64,000 nt of DNA, from NCBI GenBank assembly GCA_038328055.1, contig JBBQLQ010000001.1, positions 3,816-67,815 on the forward strand, written 5' to 3'. This DNA comes from Burkholderiales bacterium (GTDB lineage: Bacteria > Pseudomonadota > Gammaproteobacteria > Burkholderiales > Burkholderiaceae_C). The position numbers and the translations under genes are program-made. Shown here piece after piece: positions 40,426-49,872 of this stretch. Every line of letters starts with the position of its first letter. Position 1 is the first letter of the stretch. Under the pieces are notes generated by a model. It had not been told where the DNA came from. It searched no databases and worked only from the letters and a program-made list of their open reading frames with translations.

Positions 40426-42453
40426 TCAATGACGCGTCTTGAGTGCCCGGCTGCGCCACACATGCCAAGCCACAAAGGTGGCCACTGCGGCAAAGCCGAT
40501 TTCATCGGTCAAAGGCACCGCTGCTACCAGAAAACTGGCCGCCACCACGGCCACGACCCGTTCGACCCAGTTCAGCGGTGTGATCAGAAAGCCAATGGCA
40601 CCAGCGCCCCACATGGCGATCGCCACCAGCGCCTTGAACACCACGTAAGCAGTGTCAAGCCAATCGCCACTTTGCAGCATCAAAGCCGGGCTGTAAACCG
40701 CCATGAACGGCACGATGAAGCCGGCGATGGCGATGCGCACCGCCTGAATGCTGATCTTTAAACCGCTTTCGCGTGCAATGGGTGCGGCAGCAAAAGCCGC
40801 CAGCGCCACCGGCGGGGTCAGGTCGGCCATGATGCCAAAGTAAAACACGAACATATGCGACACCAGCAGCGGCACGCCCAGCTTCAGCAGCACTGGCGCG
40901 GCCAGCGAACTGGTAATGATGTAGTTGGGAATGGTCGGGATGCCCATGCCCAGCACCAGGCAGATCACCATGGTGAGAAACAAGGCCAAAAACAGGCTTT
41001 TTTCGCCCACAGCAATGATGTGGCCACCCAACTCGGCGGCGACACCGGTCAGGTTGATGATGCCAATGATGATGCCCACCAGTGCACAGGCCACCGCCAC
41101 TGGCAGGGCGTGGCGGGCCCCATCTACCATGGCCTGCAACGCCAGCGTGCGGGCATCGCCACCGGTACGCCGGATGTAGGTGAAGGCCACCAGCACGGCG
41201 ATGATCACAAAAAAAGTGCCCACGCCAAATTGAAAAAACCCTGAGCAAGCCAACGCCAGCAGCACCCAGAACAGGCCGCGCTTAGCCAAGCTGGTGATGC
41301 CACTCATACAGGCTGCTCCGAAAATCAGCACCACCGTCAGCGCCAGCCCGACGGTGCCGGAAAACAGCGGTGTGTAGCCCGAAAACAGCAACACCACCAA
41401 CCCGACCAGCGGCAGCAGCAAATACCAGCGCAGGCGGATCGCCGTCCAGGGGTTGGGACACTGGTCTTTGGGCAAGCCGTTGAGATGCTTGCGACCGGCT
41501 TCCAGGTGCACCATCCAGAAGGCGGTGACAAAGTACAAAATAGCGGGGATGACAGCGGCCTTGACGATGGTTACATAAGGCACATTGATGGTCTCGGCCA
41601 TGATGAAGGCCACCGCCCCCATCACCGGTGGCATGATCTGCCCGCCCATGCTGCTGGTCGCTTCCACGCCGCCCGCAAACGCCGAGCTGTAGCCAAAGCG
41701 TTTCATCAGTGGAATGGTGAATTGCCCGGTGGTCACCACATTGGCAACGCCCGAGCCATTGATGGTGCCCATCAGCCCGCTGGAAATTACCGCCACCTTG
41801 GCCGGGCCGCCGCGCGTGTGGCCCACCATACCCATGGCAAAGTCGTTGAACAGGTTGATCATGCCGGCCTGTTCCAGAAACGCGCCAAACAAAATGAACA
41901 GGAAGATGTAGCTCGACGACACGTAAGTCGGGGTGCCATAAATGCCCTCGGTACCAAAGCCCAGCGTGCTGACGATCTGGTCGACACCAAAACCCCGGTG
42001 CGCCAAAGCGCCTGGCAGGTATTGGCCAAACAGGCCATACAGCAGAAAAATGCCGCAGATGATGGGCAAGCCCCAACCCATGACGCGCCGCGCCGCCTCA
42101 AACACCAGCGCCACGGTGACGACTCCAATGACCCAGTCCATGCTTGTTAAGTCACCGGCGCGCTGCGTCAGGTCGGCTTCAAACACCCAGTGGTACAGGC
42201 TGAAAACAAAACCCGTCAAGCCCAAAGTCCAACCCAGCACACGCCCCACTCCGGCCAGCTTTTCATGCTCGTCAAAGGGCGGAAAAAGCGCAAAAATCAT
42301 CAGCAGCACAAACCCCACATGAACAGCACGCACCACCTGGCTGGACAAGGGGCTGAAGGCCGCGGTGAGGAGTTGAAAGCTTGAGAAAACCAGCGCCACC
42401 CAAAAAATCGCGCGGCTCAAGGTTTTGGTGTGCGAATTGTGGGTGTCCGTCAT
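40426..42453 (-). CDS. TAXI-type TRAP transporter fused permease (4TM/12TM)
   Basis: GGPAKVAV, GSGVANV, GGQIMPPVMGAVAF, LGMGIPT, TPPVALAAF. Confidence 0.93.
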   Translation of the reverse strand: MTDTHNSHTKTLSRAIFWVALVFSSFQLLTAAFSPLSSQVVRAVHVGFVLLMIFALFPPFDEHEKLAGVGRVLGWTLGLTGFVFSLYHWVFEADLTQRAGDLTSMDWVIGVVTVALVFEAARRVMGWGLPIICGIFLLYGLFGQYLPGALAHRGFGVDQIVSTLGFGTEGIYGTPTYVSSSYIFLFILFGAFLEQAGMINLFNDFAMGMVGHTRGGPAKVAVISSGLMGTINGSGVANVVTTGQFTIPLMKRFGYSSAFAGGVEATSSMGGQIMPPVMGAVAFIMAETINVPYVTIVKAAVIPAILYFVTAFWMVHLEAGRKHLNGLPKDQCPNPWTAIRLRWYLLLPLVGLVVLLFSGYTPLFSGTVGLALTVVLIFGAACMSGITSLAKRGLFWVLLALACSGFFQFGVGTFFVIIAVLVAFTYIRRTGGDARTLALQAMVDGARHALPVAVACALVGIIIGIINLTGVAAELGGHIIAVGEKSLFLALFLTMVICLVLGMGIPTIPNYIITSSLAAPVLLKLGVPLLVSHMFVFYFGIMADLTPPVALAAFAAAPIARESGLKISIQAVRIAIAGFIVPFMAVYSPALMLQSGDWLDTAYVVFKALVAIAMWGAGAIGFLITPLNWVERVVAVVAASFLVAAVPLTDEIGFAAVATFVAWHVWRSRALKTRH

Positions 42454-42480
42454 GGGGGCCGCTTGAAGGTCACTTGGCGA

Positions 42481-43440
42481 TTACTTGATCAGGCCAATTT
42501 CTTTGTAGTAACGCGCTGCGCCCGGGTGCAGCGGCACCGGCATGCCCTTGATGGCGTTCTCGCGCTTGATGGCCTTGGCCGCGTTGTGGGCAGCATACAA
42601 GGTGTCGATGTTGTCGTACATGCTCTTGGCCATCTGGTAGGCCAGATCGTCAGATACGCCCGAGTGCGTGACCAAAAAGTTGGGAATGGCGGCGGTCGCG
42701 ATATCCGCCGTCTGACCGGCGTAGGTGTTGGCGGGAATCACGGCCACCTGGTAGGCCTCGTCACCGACTTTTTTGACTACATCGGCGGGCACGGCAATCA
42801 CCACAATCTTGACCGATGTGGCCAGGTCGCGGATGGAGGCCACGCCCAAACCGGCCGATTGCAAAGTGGCATCGAGCTGGCGATTTTTCATCAGTTCGAC
42901 CGACTCGCCAAAGGGCAAATACTCTACCTTGCCCAAATCGGCATAGCTTAGGCCAGCGGCTTTCAGGATGGCACGGGCGTTGAGCTCGGTGCCGGACTTG
43001 GCCGCACCCACTGAAATGCGCTTGCCTTTGAGGTCGGCCAGCGTCTTGATGCCGGAGTCTGCATTGGCGACGATCTGGATGTAGTTGTTGTAGGTGGCAG
43101 ACAGGCCGCGCAGCTTGTCAAGCTTGGTCTTGAAGCCGGCTTCTTCGTCGCCCTTCCAGGCATCAGACACCGAGTCCGCCAGGGCCAGCGCCAGTTCGCC
43201 GCGGCCGGCTTGCAGCAGGTTGAGGTTTTCAGCCGAGGCCTTGGTGACCTGTGCCGTGGAGCGCACATTGGGAATAGCCTTGGCATAAATTTGCGACAGC
43301 GCCACCCCCAGTGGGTAATACACGCCGCTTTGGCCGCCGGTGAGAATATTGACAAATTGCTGTTGCTGCGCCAGCACAGCGCTGCTGGCCAGCGCAGTTA
43401 CCAGACTCAGCGCCAGGCTGATTTTTTTGAAGAGACGCAT
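42481..43440 (-). CDS. TAXI family TRAP solute-binding protein
   Basis: TGGQSGVYYP, ASAENL, GAAKSGTE, PLHPGAARYY; start ATG 43440. Confidence 0.93.
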   Translation of the reverse strand: MRLFKKISLALSLVTALASSAVLAQQQQFVNILTGGQSGVYYPLGVALSQIYAKAIPNVRSTAQVTKASAENLNLLQAGRGELALALADSVSDAWKGDEEAGFKTKLDKLRGLSATYNNYIQIVANADSGIKTLADLKGKRISVGAAKSGTELNARAILKAAGLSYADLGKVEYLPFGESVELMKNRQLDATLQSAGLGVASIRDLATSVKIVVIAVPADVVKKVGDEAYQVAVIPANTYAGQTADIATAAIPNFLVTHSGVSDDLAYQMAKSMYDNIDTLYAAHNAAKAIKRENAIKGMPVPLHPGAARYYKEIGLIK

Positions 43441-43559
43441 GAGTGGGTGTCCTTTTGTCGTTGAATGGAATGAATCAGGAAGACGACAATTATTGGCCCC
43501 GCAGGTCATCTACGGTGCTGGTGTTTTCCCGCGCCTGGCCTGTGGTGCAGGCGGCTCTT

Positions 43560-45227
43560 TCAGCGCGGCGGGCTGCTGTCGGTGGCTTTGTTGACTTTGC
43601 CGCCGGTGCGCAAGGTCAGGCCGCCCGCCATGCGCTTTTGCTCGCCCAGTGCGGCCCGGGTGATGTGTGTGCTGTAGCGGTGTCGCAGGTCTTGCACCAT
43701 GGCCGCCAAATCATGCGTGTCGGTCATTTTGTCGGCGTAGCGGTGCAGCACCAGGTAGGCGGTTTCGATCAGTTTGCCGCTGAGGGTGCTGCTGCCATGA
43801 AATACCAGGTTGTTGACGGCTGCTTTGGGGTCGCCACCCATGCTCAGGGTCATGGCGTTCTCTGCCAGCTTCAAAATTTGGCCGTGTGCATTGCGGATGC
43901 GTTCGGCGTAGGCCGGGTAAGTGACGGCCGAGCCCGCCAGCAACTCGGACAGTGCGCGTGTGCCAGCAAAACGCAGGCCCAGCGTGTCCACCACCGAGTC
44001 CACTTCGTCAAGCTGAATGGCTTTGTTGGCCAACTGTGCCAGCAGTGACATCAGGTTGCAGGCTGACTCAAAATCAAATTCTGGCTCTTTGACTTTGCTG
44101 CACAAGTCGCGCACCGAGCTGAGCACCTGGGCGAATTGGCCTTTTTCAATCAGTTGCAGGGCATCCACAATGCCTGAGAGTCGTTGGTGGCGCGTGCTGT
44201 CGGGGTTGCGCTCGATCAAGCGCGCAAAGTCGTCTTTGCACCGCTGCAAGCCTTTGCGGTCACCACTCTCGAGTCGTGCAAACGCCAGCAGCACCAGGGT
44301 CTGGCAGTCAAACATTTTTGATTCAAGCCCCAGGCGCACCGTGCGATCAAGCACCTTTTCAGCATTGACGCGGTCGCCCGAGTAATAGCTCATCATGCCC
44401 AGGTTTTGCAGCCGTGTGATGGAGGCCGGGGTCAGTGTGCTGGCCATCTTGTAGGTCACCAGGGCCGCCTCAAACTTGCCCTGCTCAAACTGGGCACGGC
44501 CCATCACGTCGTAGGCATCGGTGTAGTTGGGGTCTTCGCTGATCAGGTTTTCCAGGGTGCTGACGGCTTTGCTGGTTTGCCCTTCGTCCAGCAGCGAGCG
44601 CGCCACACCCAGCTTGGCCCAGGGCAGGGTTTTGGCATCGACTACTGCCTGATAGAGCTTTTGCGCCTGGTCGTATTTGCCGGTGCGCAGCATCAATTCG
44701 GCCCCGACGCGTGCGGCGTACAGCCAAAACAGGCCACGGGTTTCAAAGCGGTGCAGGCACAGCGCTGCGGCGGCCTTAAAGTCTTCAGCCTCAATAGCGG
44801 TAAATATCTCCTGCAAAGACATTTTGCGGATGCGCGCCTGGCGCAAGCGCTCGCCCAGCTGGGTGGCTTTGTGGGGTTTGAGCAAGTAGCCATCCAGGGC
44901 CGACTCGGCAGCTTCTGCCACCTTGGCGTAGGTTGCCTCGCCGGTGACCATGATGAAGACGGTTGAAAACGGCAACAGTTGGTTGCGCCGCAGGTCATCG
45001 AGCAAATCCTGCCCGGTCATGGTGTCGTCGGAAAAGTGGAGCTCACACAGCACGACATCAAATTTTCGGTATTCGAGCTGTCGGCGTGCATCCGTCAGGC
45101 GGGCGCATTGCACCACGCTGCCCATGCCAAAGTCGCGCAGTTGCGTCACCAGAATCGAGCGTGAGGTGGGGTTGCTGTCAATGACCAGCGCTTGCGATGC
45201 CGACAGATCGTCTTCAGGCAGCGCCAT
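43560..45227 (-). CDS. Atypical receiver domain + TPR protein
   Basis: REC fold (LVID, DVVLCE, MVTGE, YLLKP) followed by TPR-like helical repeats. Confidence 0.85.
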   Translation of the reverse strand: MALPEDDLSASQALVIDSNPTSRSILVTQLRDFGMGSVVQCARLTDARRQLEYRKFDVVLCELHFSDDTMTGQDLLDDLRRNQLLPFSTVFIMVTGEATYAKVAEAAESALDGYLLKPHKATQLGERLRQARIRKMSLQEIFTAIEAEDFKAAAALCLHRFETRGLFWLYAARVGAELMLRTGKYDQAQKLYQAVVDAKTLPWAKLGVARSLLDEGQTSKAVSTLENLISEDPNYTDAYDVMGRAQFEQGKFEAALVTYKMASTLTPASITRLQNLGMMSYYSGDRVNAEKVLDRTVRLGLESKMFDCQTLVLLAFARLESGDRKGLQRCKDDFARLIERNPDSTRHQRLSGIVDALQLIEKGQFAQVLSSVRDLCSKVKEPEFDFESACNLMSLLAQLANKAIQLDEVDSVVDTLGLRFAGTRALSELLAGSAVTYPAYAERIRNAHGQILKLAENAMTLSMGGDPKAAVNNLVFHGSSTLSGKLIETAYLVLHRYADKMTDTHDLAAMVQDLRHRYSTHITRAALGEQKRMAGGLTLRTGGKVNKATDSSPPR

Positions 45228-45291
45228 GACAGGCTCGCGGTGTGCGTGAAAGGATCAGTGCCGTGTCGCTTGATTGCATGTCTCTTGGGCG

Positions 45292-46068
45292 TTAATTTTT
45301 CAAAATAGTAGCACTGTCGGCGCAGCTGCTGTAAAAGTTGGGCGGCAGGCGGCCACGCGCATCAAAACCCTGTTCCAGAAAACCGATGTTGCCGTGCTCA
45401 AACCGCACCACGCTGCAGGCTCGGGTGCCATAGTCTGGCGTGGTGATGAACGCCGGTGACAGTGCGCGTTCCAAGGGCAGGGCAATACCGGTGCTGGGCA
45501 GCATCGCATCGGGCGGAGTTCGACGGTCTTGCAGCAGGGTAAGCAGTTGTACATCACCGGCCTGTTCTTGGTGAATAAGCTGCTGCAAGCCGGTCTTGAC
45601 CGCGTCCAGTTTGGGCCACGGGGTCTGAAAATCAGCGTTGGACACAGCGCCCACACCCGGCTCAAACGCCAATAGTCGTTGATGGCGGCTCTCCAACCCC
45701 ATCAGGGCGGTGCCGTCAAAGACCAGCAAGTTGAATGGGTTGTAGTCGCTGGCCTGGCGGGCCAGTGCCTCCAGGGAATCAGCGGCACTGGCATGGCCCT
45801 GCAAAAAAGCACTCACCAGGCCGCCGCGTGATGGTGCATTGGGGCGCATGGCGCTGGGGTCGCGGCAGTTCGTCAACGCGGCCAGTCGTCCATTGCGACT
45901 GACACCCAGCCAGGTGCCGCCGGCCTGCAAGTCGCGCCCGGCTAACACGCCCGCGTCGGTCCACCAGTGCAGGGGGGCTGTCGGGCGCGCGTAAAACTCG
46001 TCGCGGTTGGCGATCAGCAGCAGCGGGGTGCTGCTTGCCGGTTGCCAGTTCCAGGCGATCAGACACAT
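45292..46068 (-). CDS. NRDE/TANGO2 family protein
   Basis: MCLI...ANRDEF, GRDLQAGGTWLG, SRG, YGTR. Confidence 0.92.
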   Translation of the reverse strand: MCLIAWNWQPASSTPLLLIANRDEFYARPTAPLHWWTDAGVLAGRDLQAGGTWLGVSRNGRLAALTNCRDPSAMRPNAPSRGGLVSAFLQGHASAADSLEALARQASDYNPFNLLVFDGTALMGLESRHQRLLAFEPGVGAVSNADFQTPWPKLDAVKTGLQQLIHQEQAGDVQLLTLLQDRRTPPDAMLPSTGIALPLERALSPAFITTPDYGTRACSVVRFEHGNIGFLEQGFDARGRLPPNFYSSCADSATILKN

Positions 46069-46088
46069 GGTTCAAGAAGTTTAATAAA

Positions 46089-46142
46089 AAATTGGCCCCT
46101 AGCCCTTATAAATAAAGCGCCAGCAGCTATGAAAAATGTAGC
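46089..46142 (-). repeat. 54-bp dispersed motif copy 11 (intergenic, closest to consensus)
   Basis: Reverse strand: GCTA catttttca TAGC tgctg GCGC tttatttat AAGGGCTAGGGGC caa TTT. Confidence 0.92.
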
Positions 46143-46145
46143 ATT

Positions 46146-47258
46146 TTATGATCTTTGAATGGCGGCTACGGCGTTGCGCCCATTGGCTTTGGCCAGGTAC
46201 ACGCTTTCATCAGCCAGCTTGAGCAGCGCTTCCACGTCGGCCAGCGTTGACGCGCGCGCAGCCACGCCTACGCTGATGCTGCCGCACCATTGCCCGGTGC
46301 CAGCAGGCACGCGCAGGGCGGCGACTTCACTGCGGACTTTTTCGGCGGCTTGCACCGCGCCATCCAGCGATGTGTGGGCGCAAATGATCAGGAATTCGTC
46401 GCCACCCAGGCGGCAAACGATATCGTCGTTGCGCACAGCCTGGCTCAGGCAGCGCGCCAACTGGCGAAGCACCTCGTCGCCGGCATCATGGCCATAGGTG
46501 TCATTGATTTTTTTGAAACCGTCAGCATCAATCATCATGCAGGCCAGCGCTGTGTTCTGATCAGTTGCAGCTTGCCAGTCGCGCTCAAGCACTCGCATCG
46601 CTTGGCGCCGGTTGGGTAGACCCGTCAGCACATCGGTCATGGCCATGGTCTCCAGCTGGTCGTTCATTTGCGAGAGCGCCAGGGTGCGCTCCGCCACCCG
46701 GGCTTCCAAGGTCCGATTGAGCTCAAACAACGCACGGCTGCGCTCCGAAACCTGGTCAAACAAGCGTTTCATGGCCTGCAGCAGGGTGGCGGTGGCCGGA
46801 TCTTTGGTGCGCTGAAAGGCCTCCAATGCCTCTTGTGCCGGTGCGCCCGCTGCATGCGCCTTCATTAACCCGGTCATCAGCTGGTCGGTGCCCAAAATGT
46901 GATAAGCCAGCCAGTTGGTCAGAAAATTCAACAGCGCCTTGGCGGGCTCCGTGTCGTCGGTTAATTCCGTGTGCATGTGGGACACATCCTGCAGAAACCG
47001 GACATGTTCCTTCTTGTGAAACTCAATGTGACCCGCATCCATGCCTGACTGAAGCATCAAGGCCTCTTCTTCGCGGAAGTGGTACTGGGTGTAACTTTTC
47101 AGTTCCTGAAACAGAGTTTCCACGGCCTCGGGCCCGGCACCTTGAGGTTGCATCAGCAGTTCGCCAAACTGGTTGATGATGTCAACCAGGTAGTGATGTT
47201 GTTCATCCACGGTTGTCAAACCGGTGACAAAGCACTGTTCCCAACGAAAAGATTCCAT
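46146..47258 (-). CDS. Bacteriohemerythrin-GGDEF diguanylate cyclase
   Basis: DEQH, HFREEE, HKKEH, WLAYHILGTD iron ligands; RLGGDEF. Confidence 0.92.
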   Translation of the reverse strand: MESFRWEQCFVTGLTTVDEQHHYLVDIINQFGELLMQPQGAGPEAVETLFQELKSYTQYHFREEEALMLQSGMDAGHIEFHKKEHVRFLQDVSHMHTELTDDTEPAKALLNFLTNWLAYHILGTDQLMTGLMKAHAAGAPAQEALEAFQRTKDPATATLLQAMKRLFDQVSERSRALFELNRTLEARVAERTLALSQMNDQLETMAMTDVLTGLPNRRQAMRVLERDWQAATDQNTALACMMIDADGFKKINDTYGHDAGDEVLRQLARCLSQAVRNDDIVCRLGGDEFLIICAHTSLDGAVQAAEKVRSEVAALRVPAGTGQWCGSISVGVAARASTLADVEALLKLADESVYLAKANGRNAVAAIQRS

Positions 47259-47337
47259 GTGGCGGCCTTTTTTTTGTGGATGTTGATGAAGATGCAAGCC
47301 CTGCGATTGTTACACCAAGGCAGGTCAAAATAGCACC

Positions 47338-47628
47338 ATGCAGACACCCTCACCAACTGATCCCGCTTCGCCAAAACCACCGCAGCCACGCAACCCCTTG
47401 CACGGTGTCACGCTGGAGGCCATGGTTACGGCGCTGTCAACCTACTACGGCTGGGCGGGTTTGGGTGAGCGCATACCGGTGCGCTGTTTTATTCAGGATC
47501 CAAGCGTGGCCTCAAGTCTGAAATTCTTGCGCAAAACCCCCTGGGCGCGCGACAAAGTCGAGGGGCTTTACCTGTTCATGCTGCGCGACATGGCGCGCCA
47601 GGGCCGCGTCAGTCAACATCGGGGGTGA
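47338..47628 (+). CDS. VF530 family (DUF2132) DNA-binding protein
   Basis: [34 protein letters not shown]. Confidence 0.9.
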   Translation: MQTPSPTDPASPKPPQPRNPLHGVTLEAMVTALSTYYGWAGLGERIPVRCFIQDPSVASSLKFLRKTPWARDKVEGLYLFMLRDMARQGRVSQHRG

Positions 47629-47666
47629 CCCGGTGATGGGCGGTTTGCCATAAACTGGAAAACATC

Positions 47667-49088
47667 ATGAACAATTCTGACCTATCCCCACACGGCACGC
47701 TGGATGCCACGCTGGCGCTGCAGCGCCAGGCCTATTTTGCCCACCCGATTCCCACGCTTGACGAGCGCAAAGCCGATTTGCGCACGCTGCAGCGCTTCAT
47801 TCGCGAACACAAGGACGCACTGTGCGAGGCCATCAGCGCAGACTATGGCCACCGCTCGCGCCACGAAACGCTGTTGGCCGAAATCTTTCCCGCCATTGAC
47901 GGCATTGACCATGTTGTGCGCCATTTGTCGGGTTGGATGAAGCCGCAGGGCCGTGGTGTGGATTGGCGCAATTTTCTGGGTGCCCGCAACCGGGTCATCC
48001 CGCAGCCGCTGGGTGTGGTGGGGGTGATCGTGCCGTGGAACTTTCCGCTGAATTTGAGCCTGGTGCCGCTGAGCTACATCTTTGCAGCGGGCAACCGCGC
48101 CATGGTCAAGATGAGCGAAAACTCGCGCCATCTGGCTGCGTATTTGATCCAGCACATGCCGGCCTACTTCCCCGCGGAAAAACTGCAGTTTGTTGACGAA
48201 ACCGGCGGTGTTGGTATCGCGTTCTCGAAGCTCAAGTTTGACCACCTGTTGTTCACCGGTTCGGGCCAGACCGGCCGCGCCGTGATGGCCGCCGCGGCAC
48301 AAAACCTGTGTCCGGTCACGCTGGAGCTCGGGGGCAAGGCACCGGCCATCGTCTGTGATGACTTCCCGGTGCGCGTGGCGGCAGAGCGCATTCTGTTCGT
48401 CAAACTGCTTAACGCCGGCCAGATTTGCACCACGGTTGATTACGCCTGGCTGCCTGCAGGCAAGATGGATGAATTCGTCGCGTTGGCGCGTGGCATTGTG
48501 GCCGCGCGCTACCCGCAGATCAGCTCGGCAGACTACACCGCCATCATTGACGAGCGCTCGTTTGACCGCCTGCTGGCCGCCCTGGAAGATGCTCGCAGCC
48601 GGGGTGCACGGGTGTTGCCCTTGCTCGACGGTCCTGCATTTGACCGCGCCACACGCAAGATTGCGCCCCACATCGTGCTGGACGCGCCACCTGACTGTGT
48701 GTTGATGCAGCGCGAAATCTTCGGCCCGATCCTGCCGCTGCGTGCCTACACCGCGCTGGATATGGTGATTGACGAGATCAACGCCGGGCCGCGCCCGCTG
48801 GCGGTTTACCCCTTCAGCCACGATGCAGATCAGGTGCAGAAAATCATTGACCGGGTGATGTCGGGCGGCGTGTCGGTCAACGACGCGCTGTTTCATGTCG
48901 GCCAGCACGACTTGCCTTTTGGCGGTGTGGGCGAGTCCGGCATGGGCCACTACCATGGCCGCGAGGGTTTTGAGACGTTTTCCAAAATGCGTCCGGTGTT
49001 CTACCAGACGCGCTTTAGCACCCTCAAATTTCTGTGGCCACCCTATGGCAAGTTTGCCGACCGGGTGCTGGCCTTTTTGACCCGATAG
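47667..49088 (+). CDS. Coniferyl-aldehyde dehydrogenase-like ALDH
   Basis: PWNFP, FTGS, LELGGK, NAGQIC, EIFGP, PFGGVGESG. Confidence 0.88.
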   Translation: MNNSDLSPHGTLDATLALQRQAYFAHPIPTLDERKADLRTLQRFIREHKDALCEAISADYGHRSRHETLLAEIFPAIDGIDHVVRHLSGWMKPQGRGVDWRNFLGARNRVIPQPLGVVGVIVPWNFPLNLSLVPLSYIFAAGNRAMVKMSENSRHLAAYLIQHMPAYFPAEKLQFVDETGGVGIAFSKLKFDHLLFTGSGQTGRAVMAAAAQNLCPVTLELGGKAPAIVCDDFPVRVAAERILFVKLLNAGQICTTVDYAWLPAGKMDEFVALARGIVAARYPQISSADYTAIIDERSFDRLLAALEDARSRGARVLPLLDGPAFDRATRKIAPHIVLDAPPDCVLMQREIFGPILPLRAYTALDMVIDEINAGPRPLAVYPFSHDADQVQKIIDRVMSGGVSVNDALFHVGQHDLPFGGVGESGMGHYHGREGFETFSKMRPVFYQTRFSTLKFLWPPYGKFADRVLAFLTR

Positions 49089-49205
49089 CCGTGGCTGTGA
49101 TTGCCTGCCTTCGGCATGCAGTTACCCCTTCGCAGATCACGGGACAAGCTTATCGGTTAGAGTGCAGCGGCAAAAACTTCCCCTCTCCAACAAAAGGTAC
49201 TGACT

Positions 49206-49499
49206 ATGGAAATCCCTGCCCGTGATGGTGATGGCTATCTGACTGACATGAGCGACTGGACCATTGAGATTGCCCGTTTGATGGCCGATGCCGATGGCTA
49301 TGAAATGAGCGATGAGAAGTGGGCGCAGGTCATGAAAGCGCGCGAGTATTTCGACGAATTTGGTTCGGTCCCACCGATCCGCAAGTTCGCCAAATACATT
49401 GAAGAAGACCAAAAACTCGTTTTTGAGCTGTGGATGACCGGCCCCATGAAGCCCATCACCAAATATGGCGGCATGCCCAAGCCGACCGGATGTGTCTGA
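49206..49499 (+). CDS. TusE/DsrC/DsvC family sulfur-relay protein
   Basis: DGDGYL..DW, AREYF, C-terminal PKPTGCV with penultimate Cys. Confidence 0.88.
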   Translation: MEIPARDGDGYLTDMSDWTIEIARLMADADGYEMSDEKWAQVMKAREYFDEFGSVPPIRKFAKYIEEDQKLVFELWMTGPMKPITKYGGMPKPTGCV

Positions 49500-49509
49500 G
49501 GCTGCTGAG

Positions 49510-49872
49510 ATGACCGGATTTGCCTTTCATGTTGAAGAGGCTGATTTCGATACCTTGGTGGTGGCGCGTTCGCATGATGCCCCGGTGCTGGTCGATATCA
49601 GTGCTGAATGGTGCGCCCCATGCCGGGTGCTGGCACCGCTGCTGCACAAGTTGGTGGCGGCCCATGAGGGCCAGTTTTTACTGGCCCTGGTGGATGCCGA
49701 CGAAAACATGAAAATCGCCGGTCGGCACAAGGTGCGCGGCTTTCCGACCGTGGTGGCCTACAGCCGTGGGCTGGAGGTCGACCGTTTTCATGGGGCCAAA
49801 ACCGAGGGCTTTCTGCGGGGCTTTATAGACCAGCTGATCGCCCGTCACGCTGAAGTCAGCGCAGCGCACTGA
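49510..49872 (+). CDS. Thioredoxin family protein
   Basis: AEWCAPC, VRGFPTV; alternative GTG start 49492 overlaps tusE-like stop. Confidence 0.88.
   Translation: MTGFAFHVEEADFDTLVVARSHDAPVLVDISAEWCAPCRVLAPLLHKLVAAHEGQFLLALVDADENMKIAGRHKVRGFPTVVAYSRGLEVDRFHGAKTEGFLRGFIDQLIARHAEVSAAH

Noticed and set aside
45297-45350. Possible 15th copy of the 54-bp motif at the NRDE gene 3' end (caaaatagTAGC...GCGC)
   Set aside because: First box missing, TAGC-GCGC spacing is 7 instead of 5, third box poor; at most a decayed half site
47338-47628. VF530 DNA-binding protein as the motif's binder
   Set aside because: Only proximity to one copy; the family is widespread and nothing in the sequence links them
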